From Candidatus Coatesbacteria bacterium (GTDB taxonomy: Bacteria; JAFGND01): a stretch of DNA of 64,000 nt. The stretch covers positions 310 to 64,309 of the forward strand of contig JAFGND010000106.1 in assembly GCA_016927185.1 (NCBI GenBank). Direction: 5' to 3'. Position 1 is the first letter of the stretch, and each line of letters begins with the position of its first letter. Under the pieces are notes generated by a model that searched no databases, was not told where the DNA came from, and worked only from the letters and a program-made list of their open reading frames with translations. Of the stretch, positions 31,910 to 40,369 are shown piece after piece. The position numbers and the translations under genes are program-made.

Positions 31910-32731
31910 ATGCCATTAGATCCCAGAATAGAAAAACTAGTTCAGTTATGGAGAGAAAATCCAAAATCAGGTGTTTGGGCACAGCTTGCTAATGCTTATT
32001 ATCAAAGCGGTTTGATTATTGAAGCAATTGACACTTGTCTGGATGGTCTCAAGACAAATCCTGGAAATGTACAGGGTAATACTGTGCTTGCAAAATGCTA
32101 TATGAAACAAGGGAAGTACGAAGAAGCCTTGATATGCTATGAGAATATTACAAAAAGTGACCCGCAGAATTTGATGGCGATATCTCAGATGGCACAAATA
32201 TATTATACAAGAAGAAATCTGGAAAAATCTTATGAGCTTTTCAATCTTGTTTTGTTCTTGAATCCTTACGACGAATATGCAAAAGCTAGAATTCATCAGC
32301 TTGAAAGTGAAAAAGGAAAGGATTTTTTCAACAAAAGCAAGATGGAGGAAACAGATAAAGAGGATATTACAGTATTAACGAGGGAAGATAATATTGAGAA
32401 GTTTTACGATGGACCAGTTGAATTATCTGAAGGTGACCTTTTTGATAGTTCTCATCTAGAAAAAAGCCAATATCTTCTTGATAAACAAGCAATTATTGAT
32501 ATGGAAAACAATATTGAAGGAAGTGCATTAGAAGGAGCAGTAGATTTCAGGCAGGCAAATACAACTGATACCGAAAGAATAGAGAAATACCAGATTCACT
32601 TCAAGAGAGGTTTGAATATTTCTGATAATATTGCGAAGGAAATTGAGAGAAGTGATCTGAGCTCAGAATACAACGAGGATATGGAGGAGGGAAAAAAAAA
32701 CTCTATATCCCAATCGATCACAAAATTTTAA
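31910..32731 (+). CDS. Tetratricopeptide repeat protein, possibly extending to 33021 via a -1 shift at an A9 run
   Basis: TPR helices (AQLANAYYQSG, LAKCYMKQGKYEEA) followed by an acidic tail. Confidence 0.8.
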   Translation: MPLDPRIEKLVQLWRENPKSGVWAQLANAYYQSGLIIEAIDTCLDGLKTNPGNVQGNTVLAKCYMKQGKYEEALICYENITKSDPQNLMAISQMAQIYYTRRNLEKSYELFNLVLFLNPYDEYAKARIHQLESEKGKDFFNKSKMEETDKEDITVLTREDNIEKFYDGPVELSEGDLFDSSHLEKSQYLLDKQAIIDMENNIEGSALEGAVDFRQANTTDTERIEKYQIHFKRGLNISDNIAKEIERSDLSSEYNEDMEEGKKNSISQSITKF

Positions 32732-32784
32732 AAGTCTCTGATGATAGCTCATCAGGAATAAAATTTGAAATAGGGGAACAACTC

Positions 32785-33021
32785 ATGAATGGCTTTGAGG
32801 TAATTGCATCTAAAATACTTATTCCAGAAAATATTTCCGAAAATGGTGAGTTCCTTAGTATTTTTACTGAAGAAGAGAAAGAGAAGTATGGATTGAGTTA
32901 TAATAAACCTGAAACTGAAATTAAAACAGAGGATAGAAAAGAAATAAATGATGATGACATAGAACATAATTTCGAGATTTTTGTGGATAAAACAGAAAAT
33001 GAAGAGAATAAAAGTTCTTAA
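32785..33021 (+). CDS. Small acidic ORF, probably the C-terminal part of the upstream TPR protein
   Basis: Its frame is open upstream back to the A9 run at 32692-32700. Confidence 0.5.
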   Translation: MNGFEVIASKILIPENISENGEFLSIFTEEEKEKYGLSYNKPETEIKTEDRKEINDDDIEHNFEIFVDKTENEENKSS

Positions 33022-33457
33022 TGGTCCAAATCTTAATCTATTGGGATTAAGAGAGGTAAATATTTATGGAGATATAAATCTGTCCTCTATAAAAGATAAT
33101 ATGACAAGAATCAGTAATTCATTTGGATGGGAACTTGTATTCAAAGAGAGTAATCATGAAGGAGTTATTATAGATGAAATTCAGGATTGCATGAATGGAT
33201 TTTCAGCACTAATAATTAATGCTGGAGGCTACACTCATTCTTCAGTTTCTATAAGAGATGCTCTTGCAGCTCTTAAAATTCCTAAAATTGATGTTCATAT
33301 AAGCAATATTTTCGGGAGAGAGGAATTCAGGGAAAAAAACCTGATCTCCCCAGTTTGTAATGGAACGATAACAGGTTTTGGTTATTTAAGCTATAACATA
33401 GCCATGTTTGCATTGAAAGAGATTTTAGTAAAAGAGGATGAAAATGGGAACATTTGA
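32999..33457 (+). CDS. aroQ: Type II 3-dehydroquinate dehydratase
   Basis: LNGPNLNLLGLRE, SNHEG, YTHSS, VHISN; start MKRIKV. Confidence 0.95.
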   Translation: MKRIKVLNGPNLNLLGLREVNIYGDINLSSIKDNMTRISNSFGWELVFKESNHEGVIIDEIQDCMNGFSALIINAGGYTHSSVSIRDALAALKIPKIDVHISNIFGREEFREKNLISPVCNGTITGFGYLSYNIAMFALKEILVKEDENGNI

Positions 33458-33914
33458 AGGAAAACTTATCGGAAAAGGTTTCAGTTTCGCTATTATAGTG
33501 AGCAGATTTAATGATCTGGTAACAAAAAGACTTCTGGATGGAGCCTTGGATTGCCTGCAAAGACATAATGTGGATAAGGATAACATAGATGTTTATTATG
33601 TCCCTGGAGTTTGGGAAGTTCCTTGTCTTGCAAATCATATAATCAAATCAAGGAAGAAGCGTTATAGTGCAATAATCTGTCTCGGAGCAGTAATAAGAGG
33701 GCAGACTCCTCACTTTGAATATGTTGCTTCTGAGAGTGCCAAGGGTGTATCGCAGGTTGCATTAGCAAATGACTCAATTTTGGCTTATGGAATAGTGACT
33801 GCAGACTCTCTTGAGCAAGCTCTGGATAGATCAGGAGCTAAAACTGGAAACAAGGGATACGATGCAGCACAAACTGCTCTGGAAATGGTAAACCTTTTTA
33901 ATGAAATCAAATGA
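33438..33914 (+). CDS. ribH: 6,7-dimethyl-8-ribityllumazine synthase
   Basis: IVSRFN, VPGVWEVP, LGAVIRGQTPHFEYV, GNKG. Confidence 0.96.
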   Translation: MKMGTFEGKLIGKGFSFAIIVSRFNDLVTKRLLDGALDCLQRHNVDKDNIDVYYVPGVWEVPCLANHIIKSRKKRYSAIICLGAVIRGQTPHFEYVASESAKGVSQVALANDSILAYGIVTADSLEQALDRSGAKTGNKGYDAAQTALEMVNLFNEIK

Positions 33915-34335
33915 GTTTATGACAAGAAAAGAGCAAAGGGAGAAGATACTTCAACTCCTTTATGCATGGGAATATAACAGGGACGATCTGAAAGAGATTG
34001 ATCAGCTTAAGTATCCTTTCAATTCAAAAAAGCTGACTGCTTTCATGCAAAGAATGATAGATGGTATTATTATTAATGAAGCTTTTCTTGATGAAAAAAT
34101 AAACTTATATGCAATAAACTGGAATGCTGAAAAAATGTTCATGTTGGATAAGCTGATATTACGATTGGCTATATTCGAGATGTTTTTCATCAAGGAGACA
34201 CCAAAGAAGGTTATAATTAATGAAGCAATCGAATTGGCAAAAAAATACAGTGCAGAGAATTCAAAAACAATTATAAACGGAATTTTAAATCAGATATTCT
34301 ATTCTGAGATGGGGGGAAAGAATGAAGAAAATTAG
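33901..34335 (+). CDS. nusB: Transcription antitermination factor NusB
   Basis: DKLILRLAIFEM, VIINEAIELAKKY, INGILN; follows ribH. Confidence 0.93.
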   Translation: MKSNEFMTRKEQREKILQLLYAWEYNRDDLKEIDQLKYPFNSKKLTAFMQRMIDGIIINEAFLDEKINLYAINWNAEKMFMLDKLILRLAIFEMFFIKETPKKVIINEAIELAKKYSAENSKTIINGILNQIFYSEMGGKNEEN

Positions 34336-36190
34336 CAAAAATGAGCTTTTAAAATCTCTATCTCTTTTAAAGAAAAAGATCAGGGTTCTAGTTATTGGTG
34401 ATATAATGCTTGATAAATATATCTGGGGTGAAGTAAGCAGAATATCACCTGAAGCACCTGTTCCCGTTGTTGCTGTCAAGGATCAGACTTTTGGAGTAGG
34501 TGGAGCTGCTAATGTTGCCCAGAATATTATCAGTCTTGGGGGAGAACCAATAATTGCTTCCATAATTGGAGATGACAGGGATGGTGCTCTCTTGAAGAGT
34601 CTTATTGCAGCGAGAGGTATTACAACGGACTTCCTGTTATCAATACCCAAGAGAGCAACTACTTCCAAGACAAGGATCATAGGCGGGTATCATCAGCAAA
34701 TGCTAAGAATAGACTGGGAAGACAAGGAATATATTTCTACTGAAGAAGAAGAGGAGTATAAAAAGATAATTCTTAAAGGAATGAAAGAAGCTGATATTAT
34801 TTCAATACAGGACTATAACAAAGGTACAATTACTCCAAATCTTATTAGCTGGGTGCGAAAAGAGTCTCAAAAAATGGGAATTAATGTAATAATAGATCCC
34901 AAATTTGAGAATTTCAGCGAATTCAAGGGATTTTTCCTTGTGAAGCCGAATGAAAAAGAACTGGGATTGTTTTTTCACAAAGAAGTGAATGATAATAATA
35001 TTCAGGAACTTGCATTAAATCTACTAAAGAAGCTAAGCGTAAAATCAGTACTCGTGACAAGAGGAGCAAAGGGAATGTTACTCCTTCAGGAAAATGCAGA
35101 ACCATTTGCTATTCCTGCATTTGTGAAAGATGTCTATGATGTATCTGGAGCTGGAGACACAGTACTGGCCTCAATAACCTTAGGATTAGGTGCAGGATTA
35201 TCTCTTGTATCCTCTGCACTTATTTCTACTTATGCAGCTTCAATTGTAATAAGTAAAGTAGGTCCCTATGCTGTATCAAGCCATGAACTTTCAGAGCTTA
35301 TAAACAAGGAATTCATAGAAATGGAAGTCCCTTCTTCAGAAAAAGCTGCCAAGGCTGAGAAAATTGATGAAGAAATGCTTCCAAAGAAAGAGACATTCTT
35401 AATTGAAGAAGAAAAAGTGAAGTACAGGAATGTAAAGAAGATAAAAAAGGTAACCAGTAAAGAAGTCGAAAAGAAAATCCAACCTGTAAAGGAAATCAAG
35501 AAAATTCCTGTCAAGAAAGAGGAGATAATTACCGGGAAAGAAGAAAAGAAAGTTCAAGAAAAAGCAAAAAACGCAAAGGAAGAAAAAGCAAAACCGAAAG
35601 TTATAGAGGAAGTCACCAGTAAGATAACTACTGCTAAGAAACCTGAAATTGCTACTACCAAAGCTAGCATTGCAAAGAAGATTGAAGCAATACCAACCAA
35701 AACAGCTATTGTGAAGAAGATAGACAGGATACCTGAGAAAAAAATAGCAGCAAAGAAGGTTGAACTAACTGATGTGAAGGAAAAGGATAAAACAAAGATA
35801 AAGATTGAACCTAAGAAGATTGAAAAACAGGAAAAGGAAACAGGAAAAACAATCAAGAAGGAAGAAAAGAACAAGAAAGTAATTCCTTCTCCAACAATAA
35901 AAGCAAAACCTATAGAGAAAAAAACCGAGAAGAAAACTACGGTGATTGTTAAAGCAAAAGAAAAAGCTAAATTACCAGTTGTTAAGGAAAGCAAGGAAAT
36001 TCAATCAAAAGAGAAAACCACTGGAAAAAAGAAGGAAGAGAAAGGAAAAAAGACAGAACCTGTCAGAAAAGAAAAAATGGAACTTGCAAAACCCCTTAAG
36101 ATAGCTACTCCTGCCAAAAACGTGAAGACCGAAAAACTTCCTCCAAAACCTGAAAAAACATTAAAGACAGCAAAGAAGAAAAGCAGGTAA
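34322..36190 (+). CDS. rfaE1: D-glycero-beta-D-manno-heptose-7-phosphate kinase (RfaE domain I) fused to a ~290-aa Lys-rich tail
   Basis: VIGDIMLDKY, SRISPEAPVPVV, GGAANVA, DYNKG, DVSGAGDTV; low-complexity K/E/T/P/A C-terminus. Confidence 0.88.
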   Translation: MKKISKNELLKSLSLLKKKIRVLVIGDIMLDKYIWGEVSRISPEAPVPVVAVKDQTFGVGGAANVAQNIISLGGEPIIASIIGDDRDGALLKSLIAARGITTDFLLSIPKRATTSKTRIIGGYHQQMLRIDWEDKEYISTEEEEEYKKIILKGMKEADIISIQDYNKGTITPNLISWVRKESQKMGINVIIDPKFENFSEFKGFFLVKPNEKELGLFFHKEVNDNNIQELALNLLKKLSVKSVLVTRGAKGMLLLQENAEPFAIPAFVKDVYDVSGAGDTVLASITLGLGAGLSLVSSALISTYAASIVISKVGPYAVSSHELSELINKEFIEMEVPSSEKAAKAEKIDEEMLPKKETFLIEEEKVKYRNVKKIKKVTSKEVEKKIQPVKEIKKIPVKKEEIITGKEEKKVQEKAKNAKEEKAKPKVIEEVTSKITTAKKPEIATTKASIAKKIEAIPTKTAIVKKIDRIPEKKIAAKKVELTDVKEKDKTKIKIEPKKIEKQEKETGKTIKKEEKNKKVIPSPTIKAKPIEKKTEKKTTVIVKAKEKAKLPVVKESKEIQSKEKTTGKKKEEKGKKTEPVRKEKMELAKPLKIATPAKNVKTEKLPPKPEKTLKTAKKKSR

Positions 36191-36193
36191 GCA

Positions 36194-36967
36194 ATGAGTT
36201 TTTTCATGCATACGTCTTCAAAGGCAGGTGTTTCTACTAAAATAGGCTATGGATCAGTTATTATGGAGAATGTTATTCTGGGGGATAATTGTGAAATAGG
36301 ATGTAAAGTTATAATTCATCCTGACACAATTATAGGCTCTAATGTCAGGATAGATGACCATACAGTAATCGGAAAAAAGCCTATGAGAGCTGCAAACTCG
36401 ATAATGACGACTGAAGATAATCTCCCAGCTGCTATCATATCTGATAATTCAATAATTGGCTCATTTGTAGCTATTTATAGAGGGGCAGAAATTGGTGAAA
36501 AAGTGCTTGTTGCAGACTTTGCATCTGTAAGGGAGAATGTCCAGATTGGATCATTCACTATAATAGGTAGAGGAGTTACTGTAGAAAACTACTGCAAAAT
36601 AGGCAAATATTGCAAACTTGAAAGTGAAAGTTATCTTACTGCATACAGTACTGTAGAAGACAGGGTTTTTATCGCTCCAGGAGTACTAACGTCAAATGAT
36701 AATTTCATAGGAAGAACAAAGGAAAGGTTCAAGTACTTCAAGGGAGTAACAATAAAAAGAGGTGGAAGGATAGGAGTTGGGGCTGTTATTCTTCCTGGCA
36801 AGACCATAAATGAAGATGCTCTAGTAGCAGGCGGATCGCTTGTTACCAAAGATGTCCCTGCAAGAAAGATAGTTGCAGGAGTTCCAGCAAGAATTTTCAG
36901 GGAAGTCCCTGAAGAACAATTGTTGGCAAATCAGGAATGGAAGGATATAGAAAAGGAGAAGGAATGA
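36194..36967 (+). CDS. Hexapeptide-repeat acyltransferase (WbpD-like sugar N-acetyltransferase)
   Basis: Left-handed beta-helix hexads, VFIAPGV, VTKDVP...VAGVPAR. Confidence 0.85.
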   Translation: MSFFMHTSSKAGVSTKIGYGSVIMENVILGDNCEIGCKVIIHPDTIIGSNVRIDDHTVIGKKPMRAANSIMTTEDNLPAAIISDNSIIGSFVAIYRGAEIGEKVLVADFASVRENVQIGSFTIIGRGVTVENYCKIGKYCKLESESYLTAYSTVEDRVFIAPGVLTSNDNFIGRTKERFKYFKGVTIKRGGRIGVGAVILPGKTINEDALVAGGSLVTKDVPARKIVAGVPARIFREVPEEQLLANQEWKDIEKEKE

Positions 36968-38217
36968 TGAAGAAGATTTCTTTGCTGATTATATTATGTC
37001 TTTTTCTCGTCAATTGCGGTAGAGGCGGAGAAGAAGATGAGGAAAGTGAAGGAGGACCTGATAAGGGAGGGTCTGTAGGTAAACTAGCTATCTTTCCCTT
37101 GAAAACGACAGTTTCAGGCAAGATACAATTACAGATAAACCTGGATGTCCCTGATGGTAAATTTGCTATAGAATACATGAAAGATGGAAAGAAGATTGAT
37201 GTAAGTGAGGAAGATATAGATAAAGAGATAAAATCCTTGCCTTTGGAAACCAAGCTAACTGGGCAAACAAAGGATATTTTTGACAGTACATCAGTTCTTG
37301 TTTCTGAGCCTATTCTTATTCCTACTAATGCTGATCCCAAGGAATTGAAAGAAAGAATAAAAAGGGATTTAATCAATAAAAGAGTGCTTTCTTTCAAGAA
37401 GCAATTAAAAGTCGAATGGTATTCAGGAGAAACTCTTCTTGCTGCACAAGGTAATACAATAATTCCAATAGAGTATAAGATAAAGAAGGGAAACAAGATA
37501 TATGCAAAAGTGAAAGATCCTGGAACAGGGAAAGTCTATAAATCAGCTGAAGTTGAAATAATTAATTCCTTGCCGAGAGTCGAAAATCTTGTTGTCAAGG
37601 TGCTCCAGAATGGAAATCTCCAGGCAGTTGCAGATATAAAAGATGACGATAATGATCCTGATATAAAGGTAACTTATGTATGGAAGGCTGGAGATCAGAT
37701 TATAGAAGGAGCCGATACAGATGTTCTTGATTATACAAAGATACCAAAAGGGAAGGAAGCTTCAGTAAGTGTTACTGCAAGTGATGGAACAGGAACCTGT
37801 CCACCAGTAAATTCCAAAGGCAGCTCAATTACTAACATTGTTCCCAAGATAACAAGCTCTCCAGGGACATCTATAAGCAATGGGGTTTATACATATCAAG
37901 TAACTGCTGAGGATCCAGACAATGACCCATTGACATTTTCGATAGAAGGTGCTCCTTCAGGAATGAGCATAGATGCCAAAAGTGGTTTGATAACATGGAC
38001 AATTCCTCAGGGCGTGAGTGGTGATTTTACATTCAAGGTTGTTGCAGATGACGGCAAAGGTGGAAAAGTATCACAAACTGTACCGTTGGTTTTGACTGCT
38101 GGCAAGGAAGGTACTCCTGTTACAACACAAAAGAAGGAAGAAGAGAAAAAGACGCCATTTGGAGACAGACCTGACAGAAAGTATGGAATAGGAAAGGATT
38201 TCTACGAGGGAAAATAG
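36964..38217 (+). CDS. Lipoprotein with C-terminal Ig-like/cadherin-like domains
   Basis: Lipobox LFLVNC; PKITSSP...YTYQVTAEDPDNDPLTFS...PSGMSID...GLITW. Confidence 0.75.
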   Translation: MMKKISLLIILCLFLVNCGRGGEEDEESEGGPDKGGSVGKLAIFPLKTTVSGKIQLQINLDVPDGKFAIEYMKDGKKIDVSEEDIDKEIKSLPLETKLTGQTKDIFDSTSVLVSEPILIPTNADPKELKERIKRDLINKRVLSFKKQLKVEWYSGETLLAAQGNTIIPIEYKIKKGNKIYAKVKDPGTGKVYKSAEVEIINSLPRVENLVVKVLQNGNLQAVADIKDDDNDPDIKVTYVWKAGDQIIEGADTDVLDYTKIPKGKEASVSVTASDGTGTCPPVNSKGSSITNIVPKITSSPGTSISNGVYTYQVTAEDPDNDPLTFSIEGAPSGMSIDAKSGLITWTIPQGVSGDFTFKVVADDGKGGKVSQTVPLVLTAGKEGTPVTTQKKEEEKKTPFGDRPDRKYGIGKDFYEGK

Positions 38218-38242
38218 GGAACAAAACTCTTTTGATGTCAAA

Positions 38243-39193
38243 GTGAATTCCCTTACAAGCCAGAGGGAATTCTTGTATTATGAATGGCTGATTTTTGATA
38301 ACTGCAATCTAAGGTGCAGTTATTGCATCAACAAAGGCGAGTATTCACACAAGAAAAAAGAAGACATTCTTTATATTGAGGGCAAGGAAATTGATGTAGC
38401 AAATAAAATAAGTGAACTAAGTTCAATTGCAGAAAATATAGTAATCAATTTCACTGGCGGGGAACCTTTACTTGCAAAGCACTTCTCTGAAGTACTGAAA
38501 ATCCTTTATGATGTTGATAACCTGAAACTGCAAATGTATACAAACTTTGTTCATCCTGAAAAGCTTCAAGGATACATTGGAAAGTTCAATAAGATAATAG
38601 TAAGTCTTCATGTCAAGTACAGGGATGAAAAGGAAATAGACAGGCTTATTGCATCAATAAATGAATTCAAGACAGGCAACAATCTTATAATATCTCAGCT
38701 GGACTACAATCTTGACAAGGAAGACAGGCAAAAGTTAGAAAAAGTGAGTTTAAAAACAGGATTACCAATAGATTTCCAGACTTTTATACCTTCCTGGACA
38801 GAGGAAGGCAAGATAGAGAACAGCAAAGAAATTCTGGATTACAGTTTCAAGAAATCACTTTCAAAAAGATGCTCACTTGGTTACTTCTGCTTTTTTCTTC
38901 GTCCAGATGGAACTTTTTTCTATGATTTATGGTGTGATTGAAGGCAGCAGAAATGCGGAGATTTTCTCAAGATTGACATTTATAACTTCCAGGATTATTT
39001 TCTTGCTGACATGAAGAAGTGTCCCAAATTATCATGTGGATGCAATTATAATACGTTTTATTATGATTATTATAAGAGAACCTGCGACAGACTGAAATAT
39101 CCTAAGGAAGAGATCTTCCCAAGAGTGCATGTCAAGCTACTTCAGAGAGTTTTAAGAAAAATAGAAAGGATAAAAATAGACTTTTTGAGATGA
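38243..39193 (+). pseudogene. Radical SAM/SPASM-like protein interrupted by an in-frame TGA at 38939-38941 (pseudogene, recoding or sequence error)
   Basis: CNLRCSYC, FTGGEP; ORFs 38243-38941 and 39011-39193 share a frame with only the TGA between them. Confidence 0.7.
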
Positions 39194-39306
39194 TAAATTC
39201 AGCTGAAGTGTTTTCATAGCATCTACATAATTTTCTTGACTTATAATAGATTACTTTATAACATACTTCTAAAAATTGCTAACTGATTTAATATAAGGAT
39301 CTTTAA

Positions 39307-39972
39307 ATGAAAATTATCCTGATTATAATATTCTTTTCAAACCTGCTTTTTTCAGCACCAGGCGATTTATTATGGAGATATCAAACAGGTGCTTATATCC
39401 TCTCCTCCCCTTGTGTTTCAAATGGAGTTGTTTATGTCGGAAGCAGAGATTATTATCTTTATGCAATAAACTGTTCAGATGGAACACTTAAATGGAGTTA
39501 TAGGACAGGTGCTTATATCCTCTCCTCCCCTTGTGTCTCGGATGGAGTTGTTTTTGTTGGAAGTGTTGATTATAATTTTTATGCAATAAACTGCTCAAAT
39601 GGAACTCTTAAATGGAGATATCAAACAGGTAGTACTATAATCTCCTCTCCTTGTGTCTCAGATGGAGTTGTTTATATTGGAAGTCATGATAGATATCTTT
39701 ATGCTTTAGAAACTTATGGATATAATGATTTCAAGACCAACAAATCAGCTTCCAAAATTCCCGACAAGCAGTTTTCTATTTCTCCGAATCCTTTTACTGT
39801 TAGACTTTCTATTTCCCTTCCATCTTCAGGAGCAATCTATTCCCTGACTGGTCAACTGATAATGAACCTTCCCAAAGGCAAGCATTCTATTGACACAAGT
39901 AAATGGAGAGAGGGAATTTATATGGTGAAATCTAATAAAATGTCAAAAAGAATTGTAAAAGTTAAGGATTGA
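39307..39972 (+). CDS. Secreted PQQ-like propeller repeat protein (3 x 40 aa) with T9SS-type CTD, paralog of 970-2241
   Basis: Same FSAPGDL N-terminus, same repeat consensus, ETYGY linker and ISPNPFT CTD. Confidence 0.9.
   Translation: MKIILIIIFFSNLLFSAPGDLLWRYQTGAYILSSPCVSNGVVYVGSRDYYLYAINCSDGTLKWSYRTGAYILSSPCVSDGVVFVGSVDYNFYAINCSNGTLKWRYQTGSTIISSPCVSDGVVYIGSHDRYLYALETYGYNDFKTNKSASKIPDKQFSISPNPFTVRLSISLPSSGAIYSLTGQLIMNLPKGKHSIDTSKWREGIYMVKSNKMSKRIVKVKD
39373..39708 (+). repeat. Intragenic 120-bp tandem repeat, about 3 copies, same family as 1045-1980
   Basis: TGGAG at 39373, 39493 and 39613; units 1 and 2 share ACAGGTGCTTATATCCTCTCCTCCCCTTGTGT. Confidence 0.95.
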
Positions 39973-40369
39973 AAAATATGAAAAAAATCTTGCTTCTCAT
40001 CTTCATTTTTGGATTATTATATTTAGGTTTGCACTTTTTCAAGATAATAAACACTTTATATAAATAGAAGTAAAAATTAAGATACCTTATATAAGAAGTC
40101 TTAACCTCCATTTTTGTCTTATTGTCTATCAGGTTTTGTTGCTTTTCTAATAAAAAATTCTTTAATCTTGACAGGAATATGACTGAATAAATTACTGCCA
40201 GCAGTTATAAATAATGAAGTTATTTGGTTATGAATAACCTCCCTGACATCAGGGGTTTCTTATTAACAAATAAGAAGATAAAATAACTTTTTTAGGCAAA
40301 GAAAATATCAGACTTGATATAAGCTTTGCTCACATTTAAACTGAAGAGGAATTTCTTCAGGGAAAAAGA

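Noticed and set aside
38939-38941. Genome-wide UGA reassignment (code 4 or 25)
   Set aside because: infA, rplP, fusA and others end in TGA at their expected lengths
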